Sequence record: OL631257.1
Strand: one strand, 5' to 3'
Origin: Escherichia phage ECCR664
Length of the DNA stretch: 64,000 nucleotides
Below are positions 18,716 through 27,788 of this stretch, piece by piece. Numbering within the stretch: position 1 is the stretch's first letter; each line of letters opens with the position of its first letter. Made by a program: the position numbers and the translations under genes. A model generated the notes under the pieces. The model saw nothing but the letters and a program-made list of their open reading frames with translations, was not told the DNA's origin and did not search any database.

Positions 18716-19077
18716 TATAAACTCTCAGTAAAGGTACGAGCGATAACGTCGCGCTGCTGTTCCGGAGTCAGAGAGTTAAAGCGAACTGCATAACCGGATA
18801 CACGAATGGTCAGCTGTGGATATTTTTCCGGATGCTTAACTGCATCTTCCAGAGTTTCACGACGCAGAACGTTAACGTTCAGGTGCTGACCACCTTCAAT
18901 TTTAACTTTAGGTTGATGTTCAATTTCAATTTCACGAGCATTCAAACCGTAGAAAATTTCTGGGTCTACAATAGCGTCTTCTTTAAAAGTCTTAGAGACA
19001 ATAATCCGGGCTTGAGTACCGTCTTCAAAATAAATAGTGCCTTTATGTTCACCTTCAAGAATTTGATATGCTTTCAT
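18715..19077 (-). CDS. grcA: autonomous glycyl radical cofactor GrcA/YfiD-like protein
   Basis: C-terminus '[55 protein letters not shown]' carries the glycyl-radical motif RVSGY and closely resembles E. coli GrcA. Confidence 0.85.
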   Translation of the reverse strand: MKAYQILEGEHKGTIYFEDGTQARIIVSKTFKEDAIVDPEIFYGLNAREIEIEHQPKVKIEGGQHLNVNVLRRETLEDAVKHPEKYPQLTIRVSGYAVRFNSLTPEQQRDVIARTFTESL

Positions 19078-19100
19078 ATAACCTCAATTAGAAAATAAAT

Positions 19101-19391
19101 TTATCCAAGATTTTCTTTAATCAAAAATGGGTCGGAATTAAACGCCATTAAACTTTGAGTGATTAATCCCTTAAATGGCCCATCAATAAATTCCATTTTG
19201 AAATGCGGAATACTAGTCATCAACCGTGCATTAGGAGCAGTACAAAGAACCTGCTGACCTGCGAACGGACCTTTAGTCAAACGATATCGTTTAGGTTTAA
19301 AATGGTAGATCTCGTAATTTTCTACAAGAGCCCTTTTATTGCATACTGGACTGTTATAACAATACTCAAAAACTTCAATAGTGGTCATCAT
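19101..19391 (-). CDS. hypothetical protein (96 aa)
   Basis: ORF. Confidence 0.45.
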   Translation of the reverse strand: MMTTIEVFEYCYNSPVCNKRALVENYEIYHFKPKRYRLTKGPFAGQQVLCTAPNARLMTSIPHFKMEFIDGPFKGLITQSLMAFNSDPFLIKENLG

Positions 19392-19401
19392 TGCATTCCA
19401 A

Positions 19402-19925
19402 TCACAAAAATTGAGGACGAGCAGTACCGCCTATGCAATATTTGCTTTTGCAGCAGTGCTGTACTGATTTAATATGGACATTGTAAATCTTATCCATATC
19501 AGGAGCTTTAATAGGCTCGTCAATTATGTATAGAATACGAGAAAGCGTTAATCCACGGAATTTAGAACCTTCATTGCCAATAAAACTACGGACAGAATCA
19601 GTAAATAAACGGAATCGAATATCATCGCTAGAATAACGAGAAAATTCTTTTTAATGTTGCCAGCAGAAATTTTAGCATAAGCTGAAGTATTAGAAAGAAC
19701 AATAACTGTTCCATCGTCGTGCAGCCAATTAGCAGCAAAATTAGTTACTGCAGTGGATTTACCTGATTGTCTGCCACCGTCTAAACGAAGTGTACAGTAC
19801 TGCTTGAGTATGTCTTCAAATGGTGGGACATAACCATTCTTACAAATTTCTTCTACTCTAGCATCAGAATGGTGTGTAAAAGCATTCATCAGGGATAGAT
19901 AAGGTCCAGTTAAAAATGTTTTCAT
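19402..19925 (-). CDS. P-loop NTPase-like protein (Walker A 'GGRQSGKST'), frameshifted
   Basis: ORF 19548..19973 plus a continuing frame ending at 19402. Confidence 0.4.
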
Positions 19926-20162
19926 TTTGTTCTCTCTAAGTTTGGGCCATTCCATGGCACATGAATTGTCCATTTCTGTATTTACCCATTACCGCACTTG
20001 GGCTCGACCTTATTACAGGTTGGCGGGAATCCCTCATAGAATCATGAGGTCCAGCTTGTTCCCATGTTATTTGAATGTAAATATTTTTGCCTTAATACTT
20101 ATACCAGTGTGGCTTCATTAAAATTTTTTCATCGAGTCATTTTACCTCTCCAAGTAATTATG

Positions 20163-20195
20163 ATTATACTATCACAATTCTAGGAGAAAGTAAAC
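20163..20195 (-). promoter_or_regulatory. T4-type early promoter
   Basis: Minus strand GTTTAC followed by a TATAAT-like box. Confidence 0.4.
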
Positions 20196-20197
20196 TG

Positions 20198-20500
20198 TTA
20201 TTTACCTTTAATTACTTTAGCTGCTTCGATAGCCGCTTGCTGAAGGTCATCCATAGACATACCGAATTTAGAAGCAAAGTTATCAATTTTCTTTTCAACA
20301 GCATTCAAAGGCTTGGCCTGTTTACCTTCATTAGCGCCAGGAAGAGCGAGAATACGCTCTTTGTCAATATAAAGGCTTACAAGTTTCTTACGGTCTTTAT
20401 CGGACAAATCGTGAAATGAATGGGCCTTTTTATTTATAGCGGCTTCTAATTTACCTGCACTCACTCGCGCTTCAGTAATAAATTCTTGATATGTTTTCAT
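20198..20500 (-). CDS. ipII: internal protein II (capsid-packaged, N-terminal capsid targeting sequence)
   Basis: 'MKTYQEFITEARV...' N-terminal targeting sequence; 100 aa; matches T4 IPII. Confidence 0.85.
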   Translation of the reverse strand: MKTYQEFITEARVSAGKLEAAINKKAHSFHDLSDKDRKKLVSLYIDKERILALPGANEGKQAKPLNAVEKKIDNFASKFGMSMDDLQQAAIEAAKVIKGK

Positions 20501-20530
20501 TTTTGTTTCCTTGTTTGTTTTGATAGAGTA

Positions 20531-20560
20531 ATTATACCATATTAATACTTAAGCGTAAAC
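20531..20560 (-). promoter_or_regulatory. T4-type early promoter
   Basis: Minus strand GTTTAC, 18 nt, TATAAT upstream of ipII. Confidence 0.55.
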
Positions 20561-20581
20561 TGTTTAAGCTTTACCATCGCA

Positions 20582-21004
20582 ACCTTTTTCCTTAGTAAAT
20601 TGATTTACCATAGTATTTGTACCAAGTAGGACGTTGAGCAATTTTTTCATCTAAACGAGCTTGACTTATCGCAATGGACGCTTCGGTCGGGACATAATTA
20701 TTACGAAATTCGGCAGGGATGTCGGAAATATCTTGGACAGTCGTGTCCTTGATTTTGAAACCACGTTTCAAGCATTCAGCGATTAGCTCGATTTGACGTA
20801 AACGTAAAAATTCGAGTTTGTCGTAAAGAATGTTACATGACCTGTGCCTAAGATAAATGTCGGGGAGATTTTAAAATCCTTTACACGTTTACCGTTTTGA
20901 ACATGTTTACGGACTGCACCAAATATGCGTGGTAATTCACGATACTCAGCCATAAGATGTTGGTCGGTCAGTTCAGAAACAAGTGTTAAATTGATACGAG
21001 TCAT
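20582..21004 (-). CDS. denV: endonuclease V (pyrimidine dimer DNA glycosylase), frameshifted
   Basis: '[60 protein letters not shown]' then C-terminus '...[10 protein letters not shown]' in another frame. Confidence 0.9.
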
Positions 21005-21031
21005 AATTTCCTCCAAGTAGTTGATGAATGT

Positions 21032-21061
21032 ATAGTATCAAAACCCTTGGAGGAAGTAAAC
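21032..21061 (-). promoter_or_regulatory. T4-type early promoter
   Basis: Minus strand GTTTAC, 17-18 nt, TACTAT upstream of denV. Confidence 0.45.
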
Positions 21062-21062
21062 A

Positions 21063-21344
21063 CTATTTTTCTGAAGCGCCTGAAATATATTTTTCAAGAC
21101 GTTGTTTCATCAGCGAGCCGTTCTTAGCGATTTCTTCCGGTTTATCACACATACGCAACAAGGCTTCAAGCTTAACGATATCACTGGTGCGCTCAAATTT
21201 GCGAGTATCTATCTTACTAGCAAGTTCAGAAATACGTGCTAATAGACTTTCAGCTTCAACCAAAGCTGCACCTAGCTTAGTTGCAAATGTGTCAGTAGCT
21301 TCGTTAAGAATAGATTCTGATAAAAATTCACTATATGTTTTCAT
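21063..21344 (-). CDS. internal-protein-like protein with capsid targeting sequence (IPIII-like)
   Basis: Starts '[10 protein letters not shown]'; start overlaps the stop of e (ATGA). Confidence 0.55.
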   Translation of the reverse strand: MKTYSEFLSESILNEATDTFATKLGAALVEAESLLARISELASKIDTRKFERTSDIVKLEALLRMCDKPEEIAKNGSLMKQRLEKYISGASEK

Positions 21345-21829
21345 ATATACGCTTTCCAAGTTCCTGTTTTAAATGTTGAGATTACGCGTTTCGCGCGATT
21401 AGGTGTCTGACGATACCATTTAGATTGGGCTAGATTTACTGCCGCTTCATCCCAACGTTTCTGTTGAAGCATACGAAGAGAATTAGTAAAACCGGCGACG
21501 CCTGCTACTCCCATTTGGAAGACCATATTGACCAATGCACATCGACGAACCGCGTCTAAAGAATCATACACCGGTTTAAGTTTAGCATTACCCAAGATTC
21601 CGCGAACGGCTTTATCAACATCTTCATTAAATAGCTTTTCAGCCTCATCAAGGGTAATTGTACCGTTACATTTACGGCCGACCATTCTGTCAAGTTCAGC
21701 TTTAGCTACGGCTAAAGACGGGTTCTTTGTTACCAAATGGCCTATGCCAATAGTCCAAAAGCCTTCGGTGTCTTTGTATAAAGACAGTCTAAGACCTTCG
21801 TCATTACGAAGCATTTCAAATATATTCAT
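21341..21829 (-). CDS. e: endolysin (T4 lysozyme, gene e)
   Basis: '[32 protein letters not shown]' matches T4 lysozyme including catalytic Glu11, Asp20 and Thr26; GGAGG ribosome-binding site upstream. Confidence 0.95.
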   Translation of the reverse strand: MNIFEMLRNDEGLRLSLYKDTEGFWTIGIGHLVTKNPSLAVAKAELDRMVGRKCNGTITLDEAEKLFNEDVDKAVRGILGNAKLKPVYDSLDAVRRCALVNMVFQMGVAGVAGFTNSLRMLQQKRWDEAAVNLAQSKWYRQTPNRAKRVISTFKTGTWKAYI

Positions 21830-21863
21830 AATACCTCCCACGTTTATAGGAGGTATTTATTAC

Positions 21864-22322
21864 TTATAGGAGGGTAGTGAGCACCTTATATAATGATTTG
21901 CCCATTACATATTCCCATTGAGAAGGTTTAATTAAAGCGAATGCATCAAATTCAGGAATCTGACGTCCGTCTGGGAATGTATGATAGGAATTACAAACAC
22001 TGTTTCTGAATTGCTCGTGCTCTACAGGGATGGTATATAGGAACAGATGAATATTCTTATTGTCTGAGTAATGATGTTCACCTAGGTCTTTCAGGAAGGC
22101 AGGGTCATATTGTGTAAACCCAGTTTCTTCTTCGCATTCACGAATAGCGGCTTCAATAGGAGATTCGCCAGGTTCGACACGGCCTTTAGGAATATCCCAC
22201 CGATGAGCTAAAGAACCTTTAGGACGAGAACCAGTTACACGTCCCATGAATAATTCTTTATCTTTTGTCATGAAGATAATACCGGCTGATAGTTCTTTCA
22301 CTTTATTTTTCTTACTCATCAT
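21864..22322 (-). CDS. nudE: Nudix hydrolase NudE
   Basis: Nudix box 'GRVEPGESPIEAAIRECEEETG'. Confidence 0.9.
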   Translation of the reverse strand: MMSKKNKVKELSAGIIFMTKDKELFMGRVTGSRPKGSLAHRWDIPKGRVEPGESPIEAAIRECEEETGFTQYDPAFLKDLGEHHYSDNKNIHLFLYTIPVEHEQFRNSVCNSYHTFPDGRQIPEFDAFALIKPSQWEYVMGKSLYKVLTTLL

Positions 22323-22324
22323 CT

Positions 22325-22562
22325 CGGTCCCATGATTTGGCCATTAATTCGGACATAAATTCTTCAATACGCGTTTCTTTAGATGGACTTTCACTATTAG
22401 AGACCGCGAGTTTGTAATCTGCAATAGGACGGAACAAATCAAGGTCCATATTAAGATCGTCTTTGATTTTTCTTCTGACACATCTTTATCATATGTGTAC
22501 AGATAACTATCACACGATTCTGATTTAATGTAAATTGCTATACTCATCTCAAATTCCTGCAT
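22325..22562 (-). CDS. small acidic hypothetical protein (frameshift suspected)
   Basis: ORF 22344..22562 plus an alternative frame. Confidence 0.3.
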
Positions 22563-23035
22563 TCAGTTATAAAACGTTCAACTTCATTATTCTTGGCCTT
22601 TATCTTGTCTTTACGTTCCTGTAAACTACTTTTAACAAGATTAATAATGATGGCGGCGGTACCGCCGCCAATGATGCCACCAACAACACTTATGATACTA
22701 GATGCTAATAAGATAGCAATAATATCAACAAAACCGAAAGAACTAACCTTAGTACTAAAAAACCATACCGACGGTACAAATATAATCCATCCTGTTATCC
22801 ATTGGCACTTATTGAAAAACTTTTCAAGCTCAGCTTGAGTTGTTCGTATTACTTCATCGATAGGTTGATATCCATTAATGTATCTGTTCACGATAATACC
22901 TGCTGGCTGGTCGATTTTAAATTCTTGACAAATACGTTTCACTAAGTAGGATGGACATCCTGTCCAATCCACTGAATAGTACGAAATACCTTCATTGTCA
23001 TCGTCAATATTAGACCAATATGTTTTGTTAATCAT
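22544..23035 (-). CDS. membrane protein (Gly-zipper TM segment)
   Basis: 'ILLASSIISVVGGIIGGGTAAIIINLV' hydrophobic segment. Confidence 0.45.
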   Translation of the reverse strand: MINKTYWSNIDDDNEGISYYSVDWTGCPSYLVKRICQEFKIDQPAGIIVNRYINGYQPIDEVIRTTQAELEKFFNKCQWITGWIIFVPSVWFFSTKVSSFGFVDIIAILLASSIISVVGGIIGGGTAAIIINLVKSSLQERKDKIKAKNNEVERFITECRNLR

Positions 23036-23720
23036 TACCAGCCTTCCATAGGGAATTCCAGATAAACTTGGGCATTGACACGAATTTCATTGGTAATCTT
23101 TTTAACTCGGTCTGTATTACGAGATACACGTCCGAACCAACGCCATCCATTACTAATTGCACGAGAACCAGTGTGCCATGTTTGCCAATCGAACTGAAGA
23201 AGAGTACGGTCTGGAGCTTCCCATTTCTCTAGTTCACCTTTTTCAATTTTTCGAGGACTTCTTTGTGCCATTGGCGATAGATAAGTTCGCCATCAGGAAT
23301 CTGGCTGAACTCTGCAGTTCCTGTTGCAAAATGAGTAGGACACACATCAGCGTTAACAAGGCCAAGAATATGTTCAGACAAATAGCGAGGATTGTCATAG
23401 TCGGGTTGTCCTGCAGTAATAAAGTGTTGACCAACCGGAATATCCGGGCGTGGTACATCGTCATGGTGATAACCTGGGATAGCAGGGTACCAACCAGGCA
23501 TCAGCATGTGGACTCGTGAATCAAATACAACCTGGTCGGTGTTCCAATCATCTGGCAAGTTCATAATGAAGCTGCGAGTAATAGGACCGCCGTTATTATA
23601 AGCAAATTCTAAACTACAGTTGAAGAACATAGGCTCGTTCTTGATTTTATCATTAGAAATACCGCCGGCAAAACCACCTACTGCACGAGCTTGACTATTA
23701 AACACTTTAGAACTATTCAT
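23035..23720 (-). CDS. 2OG-Fe(II) oxygenase-like protein, frameshifted about 23229-23271
   Basis: 'YHHDD' (HxD) and a distal 'WHTG...RWFGRVS' (His ... RxS) pattern typical of 2-oxoglutarate oxygenases, across ORFs 23229..23720 and 23035..23271. Confidence 0.4.
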
Positions 23721-23767
23721 ATTATTTTCCTCGACATTCTTTAATGAAATTTTCTAGATTGGTAGAT

Positions 23768-24027
23768 TCAATAGCTTTTTACGAGCTTCTGAGTGTTCTT
23801 CTTCTGACAATTTACGTTTATAATTGACCCAGACATTATGGTCGAAACCAGTCGTGGCATATAATAACAATGCTCCAACGAATAGCAAAAACGGCGATAA
23901 GAATACAAAACCAGGAACACCATCCATATCGTAAGCCTTTTGTAATACTGCAACAGAAAGAGTTACGTAAAAGGTGATGCAAGTATTGTTAAAAGACCAA
24001 TTCGGTTGGTTTCTGTTAATTTCATAA
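23768..24027 (-). CDS. small membrane protein (frameshift suspected)
   Basis: ORF 23768..23953 with a hydrophobic N-terminus. Confidence 0.3.
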
Positions 24028-24052
24028 TATTCTCCTCATGTTTTAATAGGAC

Positions 24053-24083
24053 TACTATAATATAGCCCTATCAGTTTGTACAC
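24053..24083 (-). promoter_or_regulatory. T4-type early promoter
   Basis: Minus strand GTGTAC, 17 nt, TATAGT in the 'aataggactactataatatagccctatc' element. Confidence 0.45.
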
Positions 24084-24302
24084 TTATTTTGACATTTCTT
24101 CGATGTCACGACGATACCCATCACGAACTTCACGAAGAGCTTCAAGGCCACACATAGGCTCGATACCAGTAATGTGAACTTGATTAATCTGATACTCTAC
24201 ATCTTCTAACTGAGCGAAAACATAACGACGTTCTGCTGCACAACCAGGTTTAGCTTTACCGAAACGTTTATTCAAAGTAGTCATTTTTATATCTCCATTC
24301 AC
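24084..24302 (-). CDS. hypothetical protein (72 aa)
   Basis: ORF. Confidence 0.4.
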   Translation of the reverse strand: MNGDIKMTTLNKRFGKAKPGCAAERRYVFAQLEDVEYQINQVHITGIEPMCGLEALREVRDGYRRDIEEMSK

Positions 24303-24318
24303 TCATTTGTTTTGATAG

Positions 24319-24352
24319 GTCTATAGTATCAACAACTACAGACCTTGTAAAC
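24319..24352 (-). promoter_or_regulatory. T4-type early promoter
   Basis: Minus strand GTTTAC, 17 nt, ATACTA/TACTAT. Confidence 0.45.
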
Positions 24353-24364
24353 AGTTTTGTGAAA

Positions 24365-24901
24365 TTATTTGAAAGGTTTTACCATATGGAAATTTTGTTT
24401 GAAACGTTTTACGTAATCGTCATGTCCTAAGCTTTGGTACATACTTACTACTTTGCTGTAGTTTTCCCAGGCGTATTCACGGAACCAACCGGAGGTGATG
24501 CTTGTGCAGACTTTTTCTAATGCCATCATGAAACTGGCTTCAGGGTTAATTTCAAAGTTATTAGGAATCTGAGAACGTTCTAATGCTAGTACACATGATT
24601 CTTCGTATACACCGGCCAATTTGACCATTTCTGGTAATGATTCGAACTTCTCGCGTGAGGTCATGACTTCAGAACCATCTTTCATGTAAAACGTATAAGC
24701 AGGGCGGTCTGTTAGTGCAATGGCTTCGTGAATAGTATCATGGTCATATGTATAGATGTCATCTTTAAAGAATGCGCTTTTAGAAGTGTCAAGAACCGGG
24801 TGAGCATAGTTCAAGGTTTCTTTCTGGCGTTTCAGCATAATTTCAGTAAGTTCATCGTTCAGTGTAACACCTTTACCACGAAGATACTGAATATGGTTCA
24901 T
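24365..24901 (-). CDS. hypothetical protein (178 aa)
   Basis: ORF; 5 nt downstream of 24907..25320 on the same strand. Confidence 0.45.
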   Translation of the reverse strand: MNHIQYLRGKGVTLNDELTEIMLKRQKETLNYAHPVLDTSKSAFFKDDIYTYDHDTIHEAIALTDRPAYTFYMKDGSEVMTSREKFESLPEMVKLAGVYEESCVLALERSQIPNNFEINPEASFMMALEKVCTSITSGWFREYAWENYSKVVSMYQSLGHDDYVKRFKQNFHMVKPFK

Positions 24902-24906
24902 AGTCT

Positions 24907-25320
24907 TTAAAAGAATGGATTATTTTTCTTGAAACGATGGGACATCTTAATTGCAAGACACATCTCAGGAGTTGCCCAGTAAAACCCGTTCAAACGGTCT
25001 TTAGTCAAATTTTTCTTGGCATATTTTAAAAGGTCATAAGAAGACGTGAAATCTTCAGGAGTGAGTTCACCGACTAATTCACGGACATTAGTGATTGCCG
25101 GAACAATATATGCTTCAAAATGAGTTTCGCGTCCATTATGGAAGCATTTGAAAACTTGGACATCAGGGTTATCTTGGTGGACATATACACCCATCATTTG
25201 ATTTTTGAATGCATTCCAAGAACCTTGGTCTGCAATAAAGTCCCAGTCACTATTTTTGATAGCGTTAGAATCAATAAGTCCGTGATAGTGAAGTGCACGA
25301 GAACCAATAACTAACATCAT
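24907..25320 (-). CDS. hypothetical protein (137 aa) with weak NTase-like N-terminus 'VIGSRALHYHG...SDWDF'
   Basis: ORF; the motif match is weak. Confidence 0.4.
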   Translation of the reverse strand: MMLVIGSRALHYHGLIDSNAIKNSDWDFIADQGSWNAFKNQMMGVYVHQDNPDVQVFKCFHNGRETHFEAYIVPAITNVRELVGELTPEDFTSSYDLLKYAKKNLTKDRLNGFYWATPEMCLAIKMSHRFKKNNPFF

Positions 25321-25343
25321 AATATTTTCCTCGGATTAATTAA

Positions 25344-25605
25344 CTTAAATTTCGCGACATGCGATATTATATTCATCCCAGAGGTCGTCATGTGAAGCCT
25401 CTACCAATGGAACGATTGTACCGTTTATGTCTTCATTATAAGGACAAATTGTACAGTGCGCATCTTCGAATCGGATGCCTTTGTGTTCAGATTTTTATAA
25501 CGCATATCGAATATCTTTGCAAACTTTTCACGAGTAATGGTTTTAGCAACCACTTTAGTTCCGATACTTTCGTAATAAATCATTGTGGACTCCATTTAAT
25601 TTGAT
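25344..25605 (-). CDS. small Cys-containing hypothetical protein, frameshifted
   Basis: 'MESTMIYYESIGTKVVAKTITREKFAKIFDMRYKNLNTK' then '...FEDAHCTICPYNEDINGTIVPLVEASHDDLWDEYNIACREI' in another frame. Confidence 0.35.
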
Positions 25606-25611
25606 AGGACT

Positions 25612-25641
25612 ACTATAACATAGCCCTATCTTGTTGTAAAC
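25612..25641 (-). promoter_or_regulatory. T4-type early promoter
   Basis: Minus strand GTTTAC, 17-18 nt, TATAGT. Confidence 0.5.
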
Positions 25642-25645
25642 TGTT

Positions 25646-25843
25646 TTAGCAAGAATAACTAGATGATACCCAGCCTTGAACAGTAATACTATTATTTGAT
25701 ACCGAGATTGCGTTCTGGAGATTCAGACCTGCGTTATCTTCAATCCATAATGTAACTTCTTCGCGTTCTTCTGTTGCAATTTGGAACAGGTTTTCCAGGG
25801 CAGCTACTGCCGTACGTACAGCACAATCTAATTCACGAGACAT
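25646..25843 (-). CDS. small protein, tandem paralog family member 3 (C-terminal 'GWVSSSYSC')
   Basis: 65 aa; shares its C-terminal motif with 25853..26124 and 26134..26439. Confidence 0.5.
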   Translation of the reverse strand: MSRELDCAVRTAVAALENLFQIATEEREEVTLWIEDNAGLNLQNAISVSNNSITVQGWVSSSYSC

Positions 25844-25852
25844 ATGATTTCC

Positions 25853-26124
25853 TTAGCAAGTGTGAGAAGATGCAACCCAACCACCAGTTTCGAGGCTCAG
25901 GTTATAGTCGTATTGGTAAACGTCGGCCCATTCAGCATAGCCGTTTTTGTACAACGTTCAAGATCGGCTTTAAGATGTCCTGGCGAATGATAGGTTCCAC
26001 CCATACCATAAGCTGGATACAAGTCGAATGTTGTGTTTTGTTTATCAGCAATTTCTTTGGCAGCCTCAATAGCTGCATAGATTTTTGCTACGGCTTCAGC
26101 CAGTTCGGTTTGTTCTTTAGACAT
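25853..26124 (-). CDS. small protein, tandem paralog family member 2 (C-terminal 'GGWVASSHTC'), frameshifted
   Basis: ORF 25897..26124 'MSKEQTELAEAVAKIYAAIEAAKEIADKQ...GGTYHSPG' plus a shifted C-terminus. Confidence 0.45.
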
Positions 26125-26133
26125 AATGATTCC

Positions 26134-26439
26134 TTAGCACAACGCAGAAGACGAAACCCAAGCACCTTCAGTAATAACGTAACCATTACCTTCACGCTTA
26201 ACATCGCCACCATTATTTTCAATTTCATTTTTCATCCATTGGGATACGATTTCACCCTTAGGATAATAAGTACGACCGCTACCATAATCACCTACAGAAA
26301 ATGATACGGCATATTGGTCTGCGATCTTTGTTGCTTCTTCTTCGATACGTTCAGCTTGATTCAGAAGTTTATAAATTGCATCTGAAGCGGATTTGGCATC
26401 ATTAAACTCTGGTACTTTAATTTCAATAATCTTACTCAT
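26134..26439 (-). CDS. small protein, tandem paralog family member 1 (C-terminal 'GAWVSSSALC')
   Basis: 101 aa 'MSKIIEIKVPEFNDAKSASDAIYKLLNQAERIEEEATKIADQ...GRTYYPKG'. Confidence 0.5.
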   Translation of the reverse strand: MSKIIEIKVPEFNDAKSASDAIYKLLNQAERIEEEATKIADQYAVSFSVGDYGSGRTYYPKGEIVSQWMKNEIENNGGDVKREGNGYVITEGAWVSSSALC

Positions 26440-26795
26440 TTTCTACATTCCTTAATAAAGTTTTCTATTGTTTCATTTTCACGTCTAGCTAGGAGTTCAT
26501 TATAACTAATCATTTGAGAAGCGTAAACCTTTTTATTTTTCTTGTTATGGTTTATAAAATCGTAGTAAAAATAGACTACAGTACAAAAGGATGCGATGGA
26601 TGCAAAGGCTTGGGTGTACCGTAAGTCCTGCCATTGGTCTGTGAATCCACCGGTGTTCCCTATAAATCCTAACACAACCCCGTCAATAAGAAATCCAACT
26701 AATCCAAAGGCAAATCCCATGCCAATACTCATAATAAAAATTAGAATGTTCTCACCAAGAGACGGCCATACGGTTAAGAGTTGAGGCTTTTGCAT
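26436..26795 (-). CDS. membrane protein
   Basis: 'ILIFIMSIGMGFAFGLVGFLIDGVVLGFIG' hydrophobic segment. Confidence 0.5.
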   Translation of the reverse strand: MQKPQLLTVWPSLGENILIFIMSIGMGFAFGLVGFLIDGVVLGFIGNTGGFTDQWQDLRYTQAFASIASFCTVVYFYYDFINHNKKNKKVYASQMISYNELLARRENETIENFIKECRK

Positions 26796-27199
26796 CTTAT
26801 TTCCTTAACGAATTCCATAGCTTCTTCATATTCATACTTTTTAACAGCTTCGTCATACTGAGCTTGGGCTTTTGCGCACTGAACTTTCCACTCACGAACT
26901 CGAGCTCTGTGATGACGTCCTTGGTACCAATATCCCACCCAGTTAATAGGCATTAATAAAAACGGTACAATAAGTGGTGCGACGAACATTAATGAAAATG
27001 CTGCATCAGACGATATAACTTCACTAGAATCTAAAACAGCTCCTATAATCATAAAGATTAAAAATGCTAAAGCCAAAATAGGGCCAAATAGTACTTCGTT
27101 TGGGATTAATTTACGTTTGTATTCGTATGCCCAGGGCTTACTCGGCATGTATAGGGTTGGCTTTGACATATTCTCTACATTCCATAATAAATTGCTCAA
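26774..27199 (-). CDS. membrane protein (2 TM)
   Basis: 'LFGPILALAFLIFMIIGAVL' and 'FSLMFVAPLIVPFLLMPINWVGYW'. Confidence 0.5.
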   Translation of the reverse strand: MSNLLWNVENMSKPTLYMPSKPWAYEYKRKLIPNEVLFGPILALAFLIFMIIGAVLDSSEVISSDAAFSLMFVAPLIVPFLLMPINWVGYWYQGRHHRARVREWKVQCAKAQAQYDEAVKKYEYEEAMEFVKEIRCKSLNS

Positions 27200-27322
27200 G
27201 GATTAAATTGTTAGTGAAATTAGGACTAACAACCATAGTTTCATAAAGCGCATCAATAGCACTTAAAGCATCAACTCTTTTAAGCAAAGGCTTGCCTTCA
27301 TACATAGTTTCAGAATCGACGA

Positions 27323-27760
27323 TTAACGTAAAGTAATATTTTTATTATCGACTAGAACTTCTGTGTCAATATAAAACATATTAGACCTCAGAAGCTTATC
27401 TCTAAAACCGTAATAATCTTCTGAACGTTCACTGATATATTCCCATTCAGTGTTTAAACAACAAACAGACCACGTAGGAGCAACGAAATCAGTGAATCTA
27501 ATATCATGGTCTGCAACTAGTTTAGCAATAGCTCCGATATCATGAATCATAATACCTGGGGCTAATAAAGATTTTCTGCTATGGCTAGCCGTTTTCTCGG
27601 TGGTCTCATAAGAAGACGACCAGTACCATTTACGTCCAGTTGCAACATATCGTAATGAATCAACTAAAGACGTAGGTGGATTTACCTTATCTCGGAACTC
27701 TTCGAACATTGAGTCAATATCATTATTTTGGTTTCGCATGTTAACTCCTTTATTATCCAA
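27323..27760 (-). CDS. hypothetical protein (145 aa)
   Basis: ORF. Confidence 0.45.
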   Translation of the reverse strand: MDNKGVNMRNQNNDIDSMFEEFRDKVNPPTSLVDSLRYVATGRKWYWSSSYETTEKTASHSRKSLLAPGIMIHDIGAIAKLVADHDIRFTDFVAPTWSVCCLNTEWEYISERSEDYYGFRDKLLRSNMFYIDTEVLVDNKNITLR

Positions 27761-27788
27761 AAGGAGGACCGGAGTCCTCCGTATTATT

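Noticed and set aside
24365-25320. The pair 24907..25320 and 24365..24901 as a second NTase system
   Set aside because: The 'GSRALHYHG...SDWDF' match to the NTase motif has an atypically long spacer and no clear third acidic strand; left as hypothetical proteins.
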